NCBI GenBank assembly: GCA_963836915.1
Contig: CAWILH010000002.1
Coordinates: 19,010 to 83,009 of the forward strand
DNA: 64,000 bases
Source: an uncultured Cryomorphaceae bacterium
GTDB lineage: Bacteria; Bacteroidota; Bacteroidia; Flavobacteriales_D; Cryomorphaceae
Direction of reading: 5' to 3'
Shown: positions 1-8,801 of the stretch, one piece after another
Layout of the letters: every line of letters begins with the position of its first letter
Position numbering within the stretch: position 1 is the stretch's first letter
Translations under genes and position numbers: made by a program
Notes under the pieces: model-generated
What the model was told of the DNA's origin: nothing
Database searches by the model: none
Seen by the model: only the letters and a program-made list of their open reading frames with translations

Positions 1-114
1 ATTGACAGAACAAAGGATTTTATTAAACAGATTGACAACGTAGATAACGGACTGAAAAACCTTGAACGGCTGAGAAATTGGATAATCGAAAATGAAAACT
101 TGCTACAACAATGA
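1..114 (+). CDS. C-terminal fragment of a gene truncated by the window edge (last gene of the preceding cassette)
   Basis: Frame 1 is open from base 1 (IDRTKDFIKQ...NENLLQQ) to TGA at 112-114. The stop overlaps the inverse core of the first attC-like hairpin. Confidence 0.6.
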   Translation: MDRTKDFIKQIDNVDNGLKNLERLRNWIIENENLLQQ

Positions 115-235
115 ATAACACAAATTGCGGAATACCTTCCAAAAATGCCATTTTTGAGTACCTTTAAAATTACCTTTTTAACTGATAAATTCGAGTTTCC
201 AAGCCGCAACTTGCGTTATTCGGGACGTTGTGCCT
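102..235 (+). other. attC-like recombination hairpin 1
   Basis: Inverse core GCTACAAC (102-109), 3-nt spacer, arm GAATAACACAAATTGCGG pairing with CCGCAACTTGCGTTATTC, 5-nt spacer, core GTTGTGCCT (227-235). Confidence 0.75.
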
Positions 236-349
236 CATTGTGAAAAGCCGACCGCACAAACAGCACATTTGGTTTTTGCCGATACACAAGCCAACGCTTC
301 AAAAACCAAAAGAGCTGTTTTTTGCCAACGCTTGACGGAATAAAATTTG

Positions 350-357
350 TACCTTTG
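350..357 (+). promoter_or_regulatory. Bacteroidota -7 promoter element
   Basis: TACCTTTG matches TAnnTTTG, 14 nt upstream of the ATG at 372. Confidence 0.6.
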
Positions 358-371
358 CGTTTATTAAAAGT

Positions 372-743
372 ATGACAAGATTTTTATACATAGCATTACT
401 TACTCTAATTGGTTTTATTACGACACCAACAGACACCTATGCTTGTGGGTCAAAATCTGAAAACACAGAAAATACTATCAATAAACAGTCAGATTCCAAA
501 ATGGAAAAAAAAGATTGTTGCGATAAAGAAAAAGGACAATGTGGTAAACACGGAAAAGATTGTGACGGAAACTGCGGTAATCCCGCTTGTCATTGTCCTA
601 CTAATTGCACAAACTTTACAATCCCTTTTTTTGACGGACTTTCCCAAGTTAAAGTAGTCGTTAGAAAACCGAATTTTTACTATCAAGATACCTATTATTC
701 ATCAGGGTTTCTTTCCATTTGGCTACCGCCCAAAATAGGCTAA
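372..743 (+). CDS. Cys-rich exported hypothetical protein, first gene of the heavy-metal cluster
   Basis: N-terminal hydrophobic segment and a central Cys/His-rich tract (DCCDKEKGQCGKHGKDCDGNCGNPACHCPTNC). Confidence 0.7.
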   Translation: MTRFLYIALLTLIGFITTPTDTYACGSKSENTENTINKQSDSKMEKKDCCDKEKGQCGKHGKDCDGNCGNPACHCPTNCTNFTIPFFDGLSQVKVVVRKPNFYYQDTYYSSGFLSIWLPPKIG

Positions 744-834
744 TTTCTTGCCCTGACAGCCATAGGTCTGTCCATACGAGAGCATTACCTTGCTTTCGCA
801 ATCAAATATTTTCAAGGACTTAAAATTTAAAAAA

Positions 835-1698
835 ATGAAATCAATAAAAATATTGATGGCAATTACTGTATTGCTATCGTTCACAGCGTTAAACGCTCAA
901 ATCAAAAACGCTAAAACCGAAAGCGTAAAAATTTACGGTAATTGTGGTATGTGCGAAAGTACCATTGAAAAAGCAGGAAATGTTAAGAAAGTAGCCGAAG
1001 TAGATTGGAATAAAGATACCAAAATGGCTACACTTACTTACGATGCGAGTAAAACCAATCAAGAAGAAATCTTGAAACGTATTGCATTAGCCGGTTATGA
1101 CAGTGACCAATTTCTTGCACCTGATGATGTATATGACAAACTTCCTGGATGTTGTCAATACAACCGAGTAAAAAAATCGAAAATGGCAAAATCAGAAGTT
1201 ATGGAAGACCATTCTATGCACAATCACAATGGAACAAAGGACAAGCCAACAGAAACAAAGCAAGAAGTAAATCAACTGAAATCAGTTTTTGATAACTACT
1301 TTTCTCTAAAAGATGCTTTGGTAAAATCTGACGGAAATTTGGCTTCTACCAAAGCCAAAGAATTACTTGCTTCAATTAAAGCTGTAGAAATGGGGAAACT
1401 CACAACCGAAGAACATATGGTTTGGATGAAAGTAATGAAAGACTTGGCTTTTGATGCCGAACATATCGAAGAAACCAAAGATGCGGGGCATCAGCGTGAC
1501 CATTTCACGAGTTTGTCAAAAAATATGTACGAACTGATAAAGGTTTCCAAATCTGAAACGCCAGTTTACTATCAGTATTGCCCAATGTACAATGACGGCA
1601 AAGGTGCAAATTGGTTGAGTAAAGAAAGTGGAATTAAAAACCCTTACTATGGCTCACAAATGCTCACTTGTGGAAAAACGGTTGAAACAATTGAATAA
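835..1698 (+). CDS. HMA-domain + DUF3347 periplasmic metal-binding protein
   Basis: Signal peptide, GNCGMC metal-binding motif, His-rich linker, and C-terminal YCPM...NPYYG..MLTCG typical of DUF3347. Start set at ATG 835. Confidence 0.85.
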   Translation: MKSIKILMAITVLLSFTALNAQIKNAKTESVKIYGNCGMCESTIEKAGNVKKVAEVDWNKDTKMATLTYDASKTNQEEILKRIALAGYDSDQFLAPDDVYDKLPGCCQYNRVKKSKMAKSEVMEDHSMHNHNGTKDKPTETKQEVNQLKSVFDNYFSLKDALVKSDGNLASTKAKELLASIKAVEMGKLTTEEHMVWMKVMKDLAFDAEHIEETKDAGHQRDHFTSLSKNMYELIKVSKSETPVYYQYCPMYNDGKGANWLSKESGIKNPYYGSQMLTCGKTVETIE

Positions 1699-1719
1699 TA
1701 ACAATAAAAAATTAAGAAA

Positions 1720-2346
1720 ATGAAAAATATCAATTTAAAATTAATGATTGCCTTATTAAGCGGAAGTTTAATTATGGCAAGTTGCGGAAATAATTCCAAA
1801 TCGGAAAACGATTCCCATCAGAATGAAGAAGGAATGGAACACGACCACTCCAATCACGAGCACGGAGGTACAGAAGAAAACAGAAATGTATCTGCCAATA
1901 TCGGGGAAATGAAGGGCGATATTTCTATTGTTTTAAGCGATTATTTTGCTTTGACAGAAAGTCTTGTTCAGGATGATGCAGCTGCTGCAGCAGAATCGTC
2001 TGAAAAGTTAGTGACTTCCTTAAAGGGATTTAAAGGTTCCAGACTTTCAGAAGATGAACAAAAGGAAGTGAATGATATTTTGGAAACTGCCATTGAAAAT
2101 GCAGAACACATTTCCGAAAATGCGGGGGAGATTAGTCATCAACGGGAACATTTGGTTTCTTTAAGCACAGACATTAAAGATTTGATAGCCATTATCGGGA
2201 CTTCTCAAAAATTATATGAAGCTTTCTGTCCAATGGCTAATAATAATAAAGGAGCCATTTGGATAAGCAACAAGGAAGCAATAAGTAATCCATATATGGG
2301 AACTAAAATGCCAACGTGTGGGAAAGTTCAAAATGTTATCAACTAA
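1720..2346 (+). CDS. DUF3347 lipoprotein (metal cluster)
   Basis: Lipobox MASC, His-rich segment, FCPM...NPYMG..MPTCG motif. Confidence 0.85.
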   Translation: MKNINLKLMIALLSGSLIMASCGNNSKSENDSHQNEEGMEHDHSNHEHGGTEENRNVSANIGEMKGDISIVLSDYFALTESLVQDDAAAAAESSEKLVTSLKGFKGSRLSEDEQKEVNDILETAIENAEHISENAGEISHQREHLVSLSTDIKDLIAIIGTSQKLYEAFCPMANNNKGAIWISNKEAISNPYMGTKMPTCGKVQNVIN

Positions 2347-2850
2347 ATGATGAAGTGGTTGAAAAGAATAGCGATTCTTTTGGTGGTTATATTGGTCGGG
2401 GTGCAATTTATCCCGACTGATATTAACCAACAGGATTACATCCCAAAAGCTGACATTCGCTATATTTATGATGTTCCGGGAAACGTAATGAATATTTTGC
2501 AAACTTCCTGTTACGATTGTCATAGCAATAACACCAAGTATCCTTGGTATAGCAATTTGCAACCTATGCGATTGTTAATGGATGGACATATTCGTGAAGG
2601 AAAGGAAGAACTTAACTTCAATGAATTTGGTAATTATTCCCAACGTAAACAAAAAAACAAACTGGACAGAATTTCAAAACAGGTTAAGGCAGATGAAATG
2701 CCCTTGCCTTCATATCTTCTGATGCACAGTAACGCAAAACTTTCTGATGATGATAAACAAAAAATTATTAATTGGGTAGAGACCCGACTTAAACAAAATG
2801 AATTTGATCCCCCCGCAAGTTACCAGAACGTAAATCCATTACGTTGCTGA
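2347..2850 (+). CDS. Heme-binding (cytochrome c-like, Haem_bd) protein; C-terminus extended by IS1595
   Basis: CYDCH heme motif and distal EMP. The native end KQNE-stop is restored if the IS is removed. Confidence 0.85.
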   Translation: MMKWLKRIAILLVVILVGVQFIPTDINQQDYIPKADIRYIYDVPGNVMNILQTSCYDCHSNNTKYPWYSNLQPMRLLMDGHIREGKEELNFNEFGNYSQRKQKNKLDRISKQVKADEMPLPSYLLMHSNAKLSDDDKQKIINWVETRLKQNEFDPPASYQNVNPLRC

Positions 2851-3797
2851 CATCTAGTTTTGAAGAAAAAACAAGATGAATATACTCAGATTTATGGAAG
2901 AGTTTCCAAATAACGCGGCTTGCCAAGCTCATTTCAAGCTTCAACGAGAGCAGGAAGGAGTAAAATGCAAAAGGTGTAAAGGCATGGATCACTATTGGCT
3001 TGCGAGTAAGGATCAATGGGAATGCAAAGCTTGTGCTTTCCGCACCACGCTTAAAAGTGGAAGTATTATGCACGGTTCAAAAGTCGATTTTCATACGTGG
3101 TACACAGCAATGGCGTTTATGACATTCAGTAAGAAGACTATTTCGGCGATGGAGCTTCAGCGCCAGCTGGAGCACCCAAAATACGATACCGTATGGCGAC
3201 TGATGCATAAGATTCGGGATGCAATGGGTCAGCGCGACGCCCTTTACCATTTAGAAGGAGCTGTTGAATTTGACGAAGGGTACTTTGAAAAAGCGACTTC
3301 AGAAAAAATAAAACTTAAGCGGGGCAGGGGTTCACAAAGGCAAATGAATGTAGCCGTGATGGCTGAATCTACACCACTTGAAGACATTGAAACAGGTGAA
3401 AAGGGTAGCCATTGCCGATATTTTAAAATGCAAGTGCTAAATGATCACAAAGCTGATACTGTAACCGAACTTGTTGAAGATAACTTTGATGAGTCTTGCA
3501 TTGTGTTTTCAGATAAAAGCACCAGTTACGTTGATATAGCTGATCATGTAGAGGTGCACGTTACAGAAAAATCTGATAGGCATACCACTAAAACAACATT
3601 GAAATGGGTGCATATCGCAATAAGCAATGCAAAACGAACCTTGCTCGGGGTATTCCATAAGATAAAGGGAAAGTATTTGCAGTCATACTTGAATGAATTC
3701 TGTTACAAGCTGAACCACAGGTACTTTGGAAATAGAGTTTTTGACCGGTTAACGCTCGCAGTGGCTAAAACCTACTGGTAAGATATGGGGGGATCAA
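2804..3797 (+). mobile_element. IS1595-family insertion sequence
   Basis: Terminal IRs TTGATCCCCCC..TTACCAG / CTGGTAA..GGGGGGATCAA. Flanking direct repeat AAAATGAAT at 2795-2803 and 3798-3806. Confidence 0.9.
2876..3781 (+). CDS. IS1595-family transposase
   Basis: N-terminal Zn ribbon (CKRC, CKAC), VEFDEGY, FSDK..SY, YLNEFCY motifs. Confidence 0.92.
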   Translation: MNILRFMEEFPNNAACQAHFKLQREQEGVKCKRCKGMDHYWLASKDQWECKACAFRTTLKSGSIMHGSKVDFHTWYTAMAFMTFSKKTISAMELQRQLEHPKYDTVWRLMHKIRDAMGQRDALYHLEGAVEFDEGYFEKATSEKIKLKRGRGSQRQMNVAVMAESTPLEDIETGEKGSHCRYFKMQVLNDHKADTVTELVEDNFDESCIVFSDKSTSYVDIADHVEVHVTEKSDRHTTKTTLKWVHIAISNAKRTLLGVFHKIKGKYLQSYLNEFCYKLNHRYFGNRVFDRLTLAVAKTYW

Positions 3798-3809
3798 AAA
3801 ATGAATAAA

Positions 3810-4451
3810 ATGAAATATATCCCTGCATTAGGTTACGATTTTTTAACAGCCTACTACGATATGGCAATAAAAATCACTATGCCCGAAAAGAAGTTCAGAA
3901 GGCTTTTGGTCGAAGAAATAAACCCACAAGCAAACGAACAGATTTTAGAGTTTGGTTTTGGTACAGGTCAAAATTTGCTTTTGGTACACAAGGCGAACCC
4001 AAATACAAAATTAGAAGGTTTGGATATTGACCATAAAGTAAAAGCCATTGCCGAGCATAAATTGGCAAAAGATAATATTGAAATCCCATTGCACTTGTAC
4101 GATGGTAATGTTTTGCCTTTTGCCGACAATAGTTTTGAAAAAGTTTACAGTTGCTTGGTCTTTCATCAATTAGATGCTGAAACGAAACTGAATTGCCTTA
4201 AAGAATTGCATCGTGTTATGAAACCCAACGGAAAACTCATTATTGCCGATTGGGGTAAAGCACAAAACAAATTGATGCGATTAACTTTTGGTTTAGTTCA
4301 GTTATTAGACGGTTTCAAAACTACCAATGATAATGTTAAAGGATTGATGCCCAATTTTATTTCAAAGGCAGGTTTTGAAGATGTAGTGGTAACAAACTCT
4401 ATCAATACAGCAATTGGCACATTTTCTTATTTCAACGCAATTAAAAAATGA
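3810..4451 (+). CDS. Class I SAM-dependent methyltransferase
   Basis: ILEFGFGTG motif I and GLDID motif. The ATG at 3801 lies in the IS target duplication, so the native start is 3810. Confidence 0.85.
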   Translation: MKYIPALGYDFLTAYYDMAIKITMPEKKFRRLLVEEINPQANEQILEFGFGTGQNLLLVHKANPNTKLEGLDIDHKVKAIAEHKLAKDNIEIPLHLYDGNVLPFADNSFEKVYSCLVFHQLDAETKLNCLKELHRVMKPNGKLIIADWGKAQNKLMRLTFGLVQLLDGFKTTNDNVKGLMPNFISKAGFEDVVVTNSINTAIGTFSYFNAIKK

Positions 4452-4461
4452 AATTTCTCAA

Positions 4462-6721
4462 ATGGATAATCAAAAAAATATTTTTAAAAAACTGTTGCCG
4501 ATAGTTGTTTTACTATTGGTAACTACAAACATATTCGCCCAAAAAGTGGTGCGATATGACCTTTACGTAAAAGATACCATCGTTAATTTTACAGGAAAAG
4601 AAAAAAGGGCAATTGCCGTAAATGGGCAAATTCCTATGCCAACGCTCACGTTTACCGAAGGCGACACGGCAGAAATTTACGTACATAACCAACTTAAAGA
4701 AGGTACATCCTTGCATTGGCACGGTTTGTATTTGCCTAATAAAGAAGACGGTGTGCCTTACTTAACCCAAATGCCCATTGAACCAAATACAACACACGTT
4801 TATCGTTTTAAAATCATACAAAACGGAACACATTGGTATCATAGCCACAGCGGACTTCAAGAGCAAATAGGAATGTACGGTTCTCTGATTTTGAAAAAAA
4901 GAGAAGACGACCCTTCTTTCAGAAAAGGTATTGACGATTTGCCAACTGTTCCTGTCATTTTAAGCGAATGGACAGACTACAATCCAGATAATGTACACCG
5001 TATGTTACACAATGCATCGGATTGGTTCGCAATTAAAAAAGGAACAACTCAAAGTTATGCTGAAGCCATTAGAGAAGGACATTTCAAAACGAAAGTTACT
5101 AACGAATGGAAACGAATGTTAGCAATGGATGTGAGTGATATTTATTACGATAAGTTTCTTATCAACGGAACATCAGAAAGTCAACTATCACAATTCAAGG
5201 CGGGTGATAAAGTAAGATTGCGAATTTCAAACGGTGGTGCATCGTCCTATTTTTGGCTCACTTATGCAGGTGGAAAAATAACCGTAGTTGCCAATGACGG
5301 AAATGATGTAGAACCTGTGGAAGTGGATAGATTGATTATAGGCGTTTCAGAAACGTATGATGTAATCGTTACAATTCCAGCAGAAAATACGTCTTACGAA
5401 TTTTTGGCTACACCCGAAGACCGCACCAAGTCGGCTTCTATCTATATTGGTTCAGGCATCAAACAGTTGGTAAATCCATTACCAAAATTGAAATATTTTG
5501 AAGGAATGAAGATGATGAACGATATGATGAAAATGAATGGGGATATGAAAGATATGGGTATGAATATGAGCCTGCAACAAATGGATATGAACACAGTAAT
5601 GTATCCTGAAATTACGGGCGAAAAGAAACCTATGAAAATGGATAAAATGCCAGAAATGGATATGGAGAATATTGAACGATTCCAATCACGGTTCAGGAAA
5701 TACGGATATTGTAACCCTCAATTACGCTATGTTGAAATCACCTACAATAACAACGTTGCCAAAAGATGCACCAATCAGGGAATTAAGGTTTGAATTAACA
5801 GGCAATATGAACCGATATGTGTGGAGTATGGACAATAAAGTGCTTGCTGAAACCGATAAAATATTGATTAAAAAAGGAGAAGTTGTAAGAATTACAATAT
5901 ACAATAATTCTATGATGCGACACCCTATGCACTTACACGGTCACGATTTTAGAGTTATCAATGGGCAAGGCGATTATGCACCACTCAAAAACGTATTGGA
6001 TATTATGCCTATGGAAACCAATGTAATTGAATTTGAAGCCAATTTAGAAGGCGATTGGTTTTTTCATTGTCATATTCTCTACCATATGATGGCAGGAATG
6101 AACCGTGTTTTTAGTTATGAAAACCAAGCTCCAAATCCGTTGTTGCCTGACAAAAAATGGGCTTACAAAAAATTACAGCGAGAAAGCAACGCTTTGCATT
6201 TTATGGCACAAAATGACTTTGCAACCAACGGAAATGACGGAATGGCAATGCTGCAAAATGCTCGATGGAGTTTTGGGACAGAATGGCGTTTGGGATATAA
6301 CGACAGACACGGTTACGAGAGTGAAACGCACATTGGTAGATATATTGGAAAAATGCAATGGCTGCTGCCCTTTGTTGGATTTGATTGGCGTTACAGAAAA
6401 TTAGGACATAACGAAGTAGAAACAAACCTATTCGGACAAAAAAATACCAAAGACAACCGTACACAATTCAGTCTTGGTGTTGCCTACACTTTGCCAATGC
6501 TTTTAATTTTGCAAACCGAAATCTATCAAGATGGAAATGTAAGAATTCAATTAAGGAGAGAAGATATACCCATATCAAAAAGGTTTAGAGCCACATTTAT
6601 GGTAAATACTGACAAGGAATATATGGTTGGACTAAATTATATAGCAAGTAAAAATTTTGGATTTAAAACACATTACGATAGTGATATGGGATTTGGTGTA
6701 GGATTGACATTGAATTATTAA
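4462..6721 (+). CDS. Multicopper oxidase with C-terminal CopB-like barrel region; one frameshift near 5670
   Basis: LHWHG, WYHSH, HPMHLHGH and FFHCHILYH copper motifs are split over ORFs 4414-5793 and 5672-6721. Met-rich linker. Confidence 0.9.
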
Positions 6722-6838
6722 AGCCAACTCAGTAGCAATACACATTACCAAGTCGCACAAGGCGACACACAAACCAAAACTTGGCAAAGAGTATGGCTAC
6801 CCCAACGCTGACTGACAAACTGAAAAAAGAAACAACGA

Positions 6839-6851
6839 AGGCACAACATTG
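6839..6851 (+). other. Left part (inverse core) of attC-like site 2, split by IS110
   Basis: AGGCACAAC is the exact reverse complement of GTTGTGCCT at 227-235. It continues after the IS at 8090. Confidence 0.75.
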
Positions 6852-6899
6852 AACTGTGGTAAAATCCAAGAAAATTGGTGACTTTTTAATGTGTTTTTT

Positions 6900-7877
6900 T
6901 TAATTCAATTGCGGTTTTATACTTCTATAATTTTGGTCATAGATCAGTCCGGATTTTGCAATGGCAAATGCTTGTTTCATCAACTTATTTGCTACCGCTA
7001 TTAATGCCAGCTTTTTACACTTCCCTTTGGCCAAGATTCTTTCATAAAGTTCCCTACATGTTTTATTGGATTTACAGGCGTTAAAACTACACATGAACAG
7101 GAGATTTCTGAGCTTTGGGTTGCCCTGTTTGCTGATTCCTGATCTTCCTCTTACACTGCTACCAGATCGTTTTTCAACTGGAGTCATCCCTATGTAACAG
7201 GTAAATTGTTTGGCACTCTCAAACTTTTTGAAACCATCGCTCAGAACGATCATGAACATAGCGGTACTTTTTCCTATTCCTGGAATAGTCTGAAGCCTTG
7301 AGAACAGATCAGCTTCATTTTCTTCAATCAATTTTTTTAACTCTCTTTCCAGTTTCTTGATCTGGGTGGTTAAATCTGAAATAGTTTTTTCCAGAGGCTT
7401 GATCAGTATACTTCTGTGCTTAGCTGATTTGTGCTCCATGGCATGTAATCTGTTCTTGATCATGGTTCTACCCTTTATGAGCAAATCTATATTCTCGCTT
7501 ATTATGCGGCTTTCTTTTACATACTTTGATGAAGGCCTATAAGCTTTAAGCTCATGCTGACGTGCATATTTACATATCATCTCAGCATCGGACTTGTCGG
7601 TCTTGATGCGCCTGAGATTCATTTGAATGAAGCGCTTGATCACAAGCGGATTTACAACTGAAACAAACACTGATTCAGCGTATAGAAAATCTGCCAACTG
7701 GGTGTGGTATACTCCCGTAGCCTCCATAACAAAACAACCCTTTCTGTCTATTTCTTTTAAGAAAGATTTAAAACCTTTTAGATCGTTTGTGAACTGAAGA
7801 TACCTACCTTCTGCATCCATCACATCAAATACATCCTTGGATATGTCTATCCCGTAATAATTACTAAATTTATCCAT
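6900..7877 (-). CDS. IS110-family recombinase/transposase
   Basis: GIDISKD, VMEATG, KTDKSDA (DEDD) motifs; TIPGIG and RSGSS (catalytic Ser region). Start at ATG 7877. Confidence 0.95.
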   Translation of the reverse strand: MDKFSNYYGIDISKDVFDVMDAEGRYLQFTNDLKGFKSFLKEIDRKGCFVMEATGVYHTQLADFLYAESVFVSVVNPLVIKRFIQMNLRRIKTDKSDAEMICKYARQHELKAYRPSSKYVKESRIISENIDLLIKGRTMIKNRLHAMEHKSAKHRSILIKPLEKTISDLTTQIKKLERELKKLIEENEADLFSRLQTIPGIGKSTAMFMIVLSDGFKKFESAKQFTCYIGMTPVEKRSGSSVRGRSGISKQGNPKLRNLLFMCSFNACKSNKTCRELYERILAKGKCKKLALIAVANKLMKQAFAIAKSGLIYDQNYRSIKPQLN

Positions 7878-7894
7878 AATACTTAAGTTTGGAA

Positions 7895-8065
7895 GAACGG
7901 ATCTACTGCTATCCAACAACCTGGAAACAGGCTCTAAAAGGCCTAACGAACTGTTCAGATTAATAGTAGAAAAAGAGAGGGGACTTTCAATGTTGACGGG
8001 TTTAAATCCTCGTGTATAAGCTAGTCTTATTCCTCTCTTTCGTTCTTTTATTTATAGTCGCTAAT
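7895..8065 (-). ncRNA. Putative IS110 bridge RNA (boundaries approximate)
   Basis: Two stem-flanked loops. Stem 7972-7980/8032-8040 encloses segments matching the target (7988-7995, 8013-8019). Stem 7902-7907/7965-7970 encloses segments matching the element ends (7948-7954, 7917-7922). Confidence 0.8.
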
Positions 8066-8086
8066 TTAATGGATTGTAAACTTAGG

Positions 8087-8210
8087 TTGCATATAGCTTA
8101 TGGCGGGATTGTCCTCTATTCGAGATATGATCTTTGAATCAGGATTATCCTGGGATGAAAGTTTTATCTTCGGAAGCCGCCACTGCGCCAAGCGCCAAAA
8201 CGTTAGGCAC
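8087..8210 (+). other. Right part of attC-like site 2
   Basis: 8089-8183 is 82/95 identical to 12651-12745 (manual count). It ends in core GTTAGGCAC (8202-8210); the 3' arm is degenerate. Confidence 0.7.
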
Positions 8211-8218
8211 CATATAGA

Positions 8219-8800
8219 ATGTCAAGATATATCAGTTTAGCATATCAGTTCTTTAATTTAACTCGCGAGACCATTAATGAAATGGAAAAGCAAGGAAATG
8301 ACCTCGATATTTTTTCTGACGGTGAGATGACTGATGATGAGTCTTGGGAGAATTATGAGAATGAAACTAGATGGAGTGATCAAAACATTGGTGTTCCGAC
8401 ATTATTCAATTTCTATCACGGCCTAGAATTGCTGATGAAAGGGTTAATCGAGAGATCGGGGTATCAATTGAAGTCTAATCATAAGCTAACAGAACTCCTT
8501 GCAACAGTAAAAGAAATACCTGAAGTAACCGATAGTTTAATAGAAGCTTTGGAAATACATCTTTATGATGATAATCCATTTTTCGAATTCTTTCAAGAGA
8601 ATGGAGGTAACGTGGACAAGTACTTTGAGCTTCTGAAATATCCTGAATCTAAAAATGGAGAAAAATTCAACTTTCAGTTTATACGTGGACGTGAAAAAGA
8701 AGGATTAAAGAGACTTTCAACAATAAGAGATGCAACAATAAAACTTAAAGAAGAAATTATCCTCATGATTAAAAAAACAAAGACGTTAGGCGCCATTTAA
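8219..8800 (+). CDS. Cassette gene, HEPN-like hypothetical protein
   Basis: FYHGLELLMKG...NHKLTELL...LLKYP pattern resembles HEPN-fold proteins. ATG lies 17 nt after the core G. Confidence 0.5.
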   Translation: MSRYISLAYQFFNLTRETINEMEKQGNDLDIFSDGEMTDDESWENYENETRWSDQNIGVPTLFNFYHGLELLMKGLIERSGYQLKSNHKLTELLATVKEIPEVTDSLIEALEIHLYDDNPFFEFFQENGGNVDKYFELLKYPESKNGEKFNFQFIRGREKEGLKRLSTIRDATIKLKEEIILMIKKTKTLGAI

Positions 8801-8801
8801 A

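Larger units (their letters stand above)
6849..8089 (-). mobile_element. IS110-family element
   Basis: DEDD recombinase gene, no terminal IRs, and a TTG core repeated at 6849-6851 and 8087-8089. Excision restores GGCACAACATTGCATATAGCTTATGGCG. Confidence 0.92.

Noticed and set aside
8016-8023. 8 nt match (TAGCTTAT) between the IS110 non-coding RNA and flank 8094-8101 as a guide
   Set aside because: It has the wrong orientation and offset for a left target guide. The overlapping UUAUACA register fits the core-anchored model better.
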